NCBI GenBank assembly: GCA_035540375.1
Contig: DATLGO010000101.1
Coordinates: 14,324-78,323 of the forward strand
Source: Thermoplasmatota archaeon
GTDB taxonomy: Archaea > Thermoplasmatota > SW-10-69-26 > JACQPN01 > JAJPHT01
Reading direction: 5' to 3'
DNA: 64,000 nt
Under the pieces are notes generated by a model that was not told the origin of the DNA, did not search any database, and saw only the letters and a program-made list of their open reading frames with translations. A program made the translations under genes and the position numbers. Of this stretch, positions 61,838 to 64,000 are shown piece after piece (positions within the stretch are counted from its first letter, which is position 1; every line of letters starts with the position of its first letter).

Positions 61838-62136
61838 TCCGCGAGCGCGTTGTGGGGATACCTCAGGACGGGGAGCTTCTTCGCGGCCGTGACGGCGACG
61901 TCGTTCGAGTCCCTGTAGAGCTTGTCGGGGAGCCGCTTCAGGACCTCATCGAGCGGGATTGCGGCGTCCCCCGGCACCGGCACGCGCCAATGCCCCGCCT
62001 GCGCGCGGAGGCTCGCGAGCGTGCGCGGGAACTCGAGATCCTGCAACATGATCGCGATCGCCTCGACCCCCGCATCGTCGCCCCAGGGGAGGGGGGCCGC
62101 CTCGAGCGGGAATCCCTGCGCGTCCTTCGCGGTCAT
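61834..62136 (-). CDS. small DUF2795-like protein
   Basis: …LQDLEFPRTLASLRAQAG…PLDEVLKRLPDKLYRDSNDVAVTAAKKL. ATGA overlap with the upstream gene. Confidence 0.4.
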   Translation of the reverse strand: MTAKDAQGFPLEAAPLPWGDDAGVEAIAIMLQDLEFPRTLASLRAQAGHWRVPVPGDAAIPLDEVLKRLPDKLYRDSNDVAVTAAKKLPVLRYPHNALAD

Positions 62137-62516
62137 GCCGGACCCCCTTCCGTGGGGACGCGGGGCGCCATCGCGGGGAACGCCAGGAGGAACGCGTCGA
62201 GGAATGCCCGTTTGGTGGGCCACCGCTCGTCGGGCATGCGCATCAGGAACCAGGCGAAGGCGAGGAACGTGTCGCCGGGGGAGGCGAGCCGGGCGACGCC
62301 CCAGCGGGCGAGGATCTCGCCTGTCGTGAGCGGGAAGGCCTCGACGGGCAACGCGGACGCGAGCGCCGCGGCCCCGAAACCCGCGAAATGGATGGGGTCG
62401 CCTTCGCGCTCCCGCATGGCCTCGGGGGGCAGCGTTCCGCCGGACCCCCCCGCAACGTAGGGCGTGCGGTAGCCCGTCCGCTCGGCGAGGGGGAGGTCGA
62501 CCTTGCTGCGCTTCAT
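62133..62516 (-). CDS. hypothetical protein
   Basis: 128-aa ORF with mixed composition (…GEILARWGVARLASPGDTFLAFAWFLMRMPDERWPTKRAFLDAFL…). Confidence 0.3.
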   Translation of the reverse strand: MKRSKVDLPLAERTGYRTPYVAGGSGGTLPPEAMREREGDPIHFAGFGAAALASALPVEAFPLTTGEILARWGVARLASPGDTFLAFAWFLMRMPDERWPTKRAFLDAFLLAFPAMAPRVPTEGGPA

Positions 62517-62605
62517 GCGGGGGGCTCGGGTCCCCGCCGACAAGGACGTTTGCGCCGGGTCGTCGATGCCGGCCGGCCGCCTGTCGGAAGGGGACCCCGG
62601 GTGGC

Positions 62606-62672
62606 AAAGTTATATGAAGGGTGGGGCCGGGTTCCCGGTTCGGAAAAGCCCCCTTTCCAGCCTCTCGGAGGT
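62606..62672 (+). promoter_or_regulatory. candidate promoter and ribosome-binding site for the OFOR gene: AT-rich box aaaGTTATATGaa (62606-18) and GGAGGT (62667-72) 7 nt before a TTG start
   Basis: The only AT-rich hexamer in a GC-rich spacer; Shine-Dalgarno-like GGAGGT precedes the TTG. Confidence 0.3.
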
Positions 62673-62678
62673 TCCACT

Positions 62679-64000
62679 TTGTCCCGCAAGGAAGTCTCCA
62701 TCCGCATCGGCGGCGCAGCCGGCGACGGCGTCGCGTCGACCGGTGAGATCTTCGGCAAGACGTGCGCCCGCTCCGGCCTGCACGTGTACGCGTACAACAG
62801 CTACCAGTCGGTCATCCGCGGGGGCCACGTGTGGTTCCAGATCCGCGCGGGCGCCGATCGCGTGCTTTCCGTCGGCCAGAACGTCGGCATCCTCATTGCC
62901 CTCAACCAGCAGACCTACGACGCCCACGTCGGCTCGATCGAGTCCGGCGGCGGCGTCATCTTCGACCCGAAGAAGGTCAAGGCGGACGAGACGAAGCTTC
63001 CGAAGGGCGTGCGCGCCTTCCCGATGCCCGCGCTCGAAATCGCGGCGAAGTACTCGAAGAACCCGATCATGGCGAACACCGTGATGCTCGGCGCCGCGAT
63101 GCAGTTCATCGCCGCGCCCATCGCGAAGTTCAAGAGCGTCATCGAGGACCAGTTCGGCCACAAGAAGCAGGAGATCATCTCCCAGAACCTCGAGGCCGCT
63201 CAGGCCGGCTGGGACTACGCCAAGGAACACTGGGGTCGCCTCGACTACGTCCTCGGGTGGAGCGACAAGCGCCGCCTCTTCATGACCGGCAACCAGGCGA
63301 TCGCGCTCGGCGCGCTCGCCGCGGGCTGCAAGTTCTACGCCTTCTACCCGATGACGCCCGCGTCGTCGATCGGCCACTTCCTCGCGGACCACGGCCCCGA
63401 CAACGGGATGGTCGTGAAGCAGGCCGAGGACGAGATCGCGGTCATCAACATGACGATCGGCGCGGCCTACGCGGGCGCGCGGTCGATGTGCGGCACGTCG
63501 GGCGGCGGCTTCTCGCTCATGGTCGAGGCCACGGGCTTCGCGGGCATCACGGAGACGCCGATCGTCGTCGTGAACTCGCAGCGCTCGGGCCCCTCGACCG
63601 GCCTTCCCACGAAGACCGAGCAGGGCGACCTCAACCTCATCATGGGCGCGGGCCAGGGCGACTGGCCCCGCATCATCCTCGCGCCCCGCAACGTCGAGGA
63701 GGCGTTCCACGCGACCGCCGAGGCCTTCAACCTCGCCGAGCGCTGGCAGACGCCCGTCTTCGTCCTCTCGGACCTCCTCCTCTCGGAGCACTTCGAGACG
63801 GTCGACGGCCTCGACCTCGAGTCGGTCGCGATCGACCGCGGCGCGCTCATCACGAACGGCTCGGTCCCGACGCCCTACCTCCGCTACGAACTCACGGAGA
63901 ACGGCGTCTCGCCCCGCGCGATCCCGGGCATGGCCGGCGCGGAGCACATCGCGGGCTCGGACGAGCACGACGAGGACGGCACGCTCGTCTCGGACGTGCG
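62679..64000 (+). CDS. 2-oxoacid:ferredoxin oxidoreductase, fused gamma-alpha subunit (3' end outside the window)
   Basis: Gamma domain (…IRIGGAAGDGVASTGEIFGKTCARSGLHVYAYNSYQSVIRGGHVWFQIRA…) then alpha domain (…FYAFYPMTPASSIGHFLADH…GTSGGGFSLMVEA…VVVNSQRSGPSTGLPTKTEQGDL…). It is not in the ORF track because it runs off the window end. Confidence 0.8.
   Translation, partial: MSRKEVSIRIGGAAGDGVASTGEIFGKTCARSGLHVYAYNSYQSVIRGGHVWFQIRAGADRVLSVGQNVGILIALNQQTYDAHVGSIESGGGVIFDPKKVKADETKLPKGVRAFPMPALEIAAKYSKNPIMANTVMLGAAMQFIAAPIAKFKSVIEDQFGHKKQEIISQNLEAAQAGWDYAKEHWGRLDYVLGWSDKRRLFMTGNQAIALGALAAGCKFYAFYPMTPASSIGHFLADHGPDNGMVVKQAEDEIAVINMTIGAAYAGARSMCGTSGGGFSLMVEATGFAGITETPIVVVNSQRSGPSTGLPTKTEQGDLNLIMGAGQGDWPRIILAPRNVEEAFHATAEAFNLAERWQTPVFVLSDLLLSEHFETVDGLDLESVAIDRGALITNGSVPTPYLRYELTENGVSPRAIPGMAGAEHIAGSDEHDEDGTLVSDV

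Noticed and set aside
62610-63968. 452-aa minus-strand ORF
   Set aside because: It is antisense to the clearly recognisable OFOR gamma-alpha gene that runs off the window end.

Overview
This is a high-GC (about 70% by eye) archaeal chromosomal segment. The archaeal assignment rests on a Trm5-type tRNA m1G37 methyltransferase, diphthine synthase, TrmB-family regulators, a gamma-alpha fused 2-oxoacid:ferredoxin oxidoreductase and PGF-CTERM-like C-terminal anchors. The six-frame track is dominated by long Arg/Pro/Gly-rich antisense or off-frame artefacts typical of GC-rich DNA; I list only ORFs whose translations look like real proteins. Housekeeping content comprises an Obg/DRG-like GTPase (partial), a DEAD-box helicase, an NhaP-type Na+/H+ antiporter with an RCK domain, a SAM methyltransferase, dphB, trm5, tRNA-Thr(CGU), a VapBC-like pair, pyruvate kinase, trxB, a PAS histidine kinase, a redoxin, 5-formyl-THF cyclo-ligase, a NUDIX hydrolase, an acetolactate-synthase-like TPP enzyme, hbd, crotonase, a UDG-like protein and an OFOR alpha subunit (partial). 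A secreted-enzyme cluster spans 10.7-17.2 kb with duplicated purple-acid-phosphatase and lipoprotein paralogs around tatA. A sugar-utilisation locus spans 36.7-46.1 kb: two paralogous secreted glycoside-hydrolase-like proteins with CBM/PKD modules, a PQQ sugar dehydrogenase and two tandem TrmB regulators. The most notable feature is an ~11-kb lower-GC island at ~47.4-58.5 kb between hbd and the crotonase gene. It carries two divergent operons of unknown function, and one of its genes encodes a divergent tubulin/FtsZ-superfamily GTPase with a GGGTGSG signature. Other items are a Cas4-like PD-(D/E)XK nuclease whose start overlaps that of a large N6-adenine methyltransferase, duplicated 76-bp GNRA-hairpin repeats, a cluster of strong hairpins downstream of crt, a PLD-family gene whose 3' end overlaps a convergent gene by 345 bp, and an H1-like Lys/Ala-tailed putative chromatin protein. 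I found no CRISPR array, rRNA, integrase or transposase.
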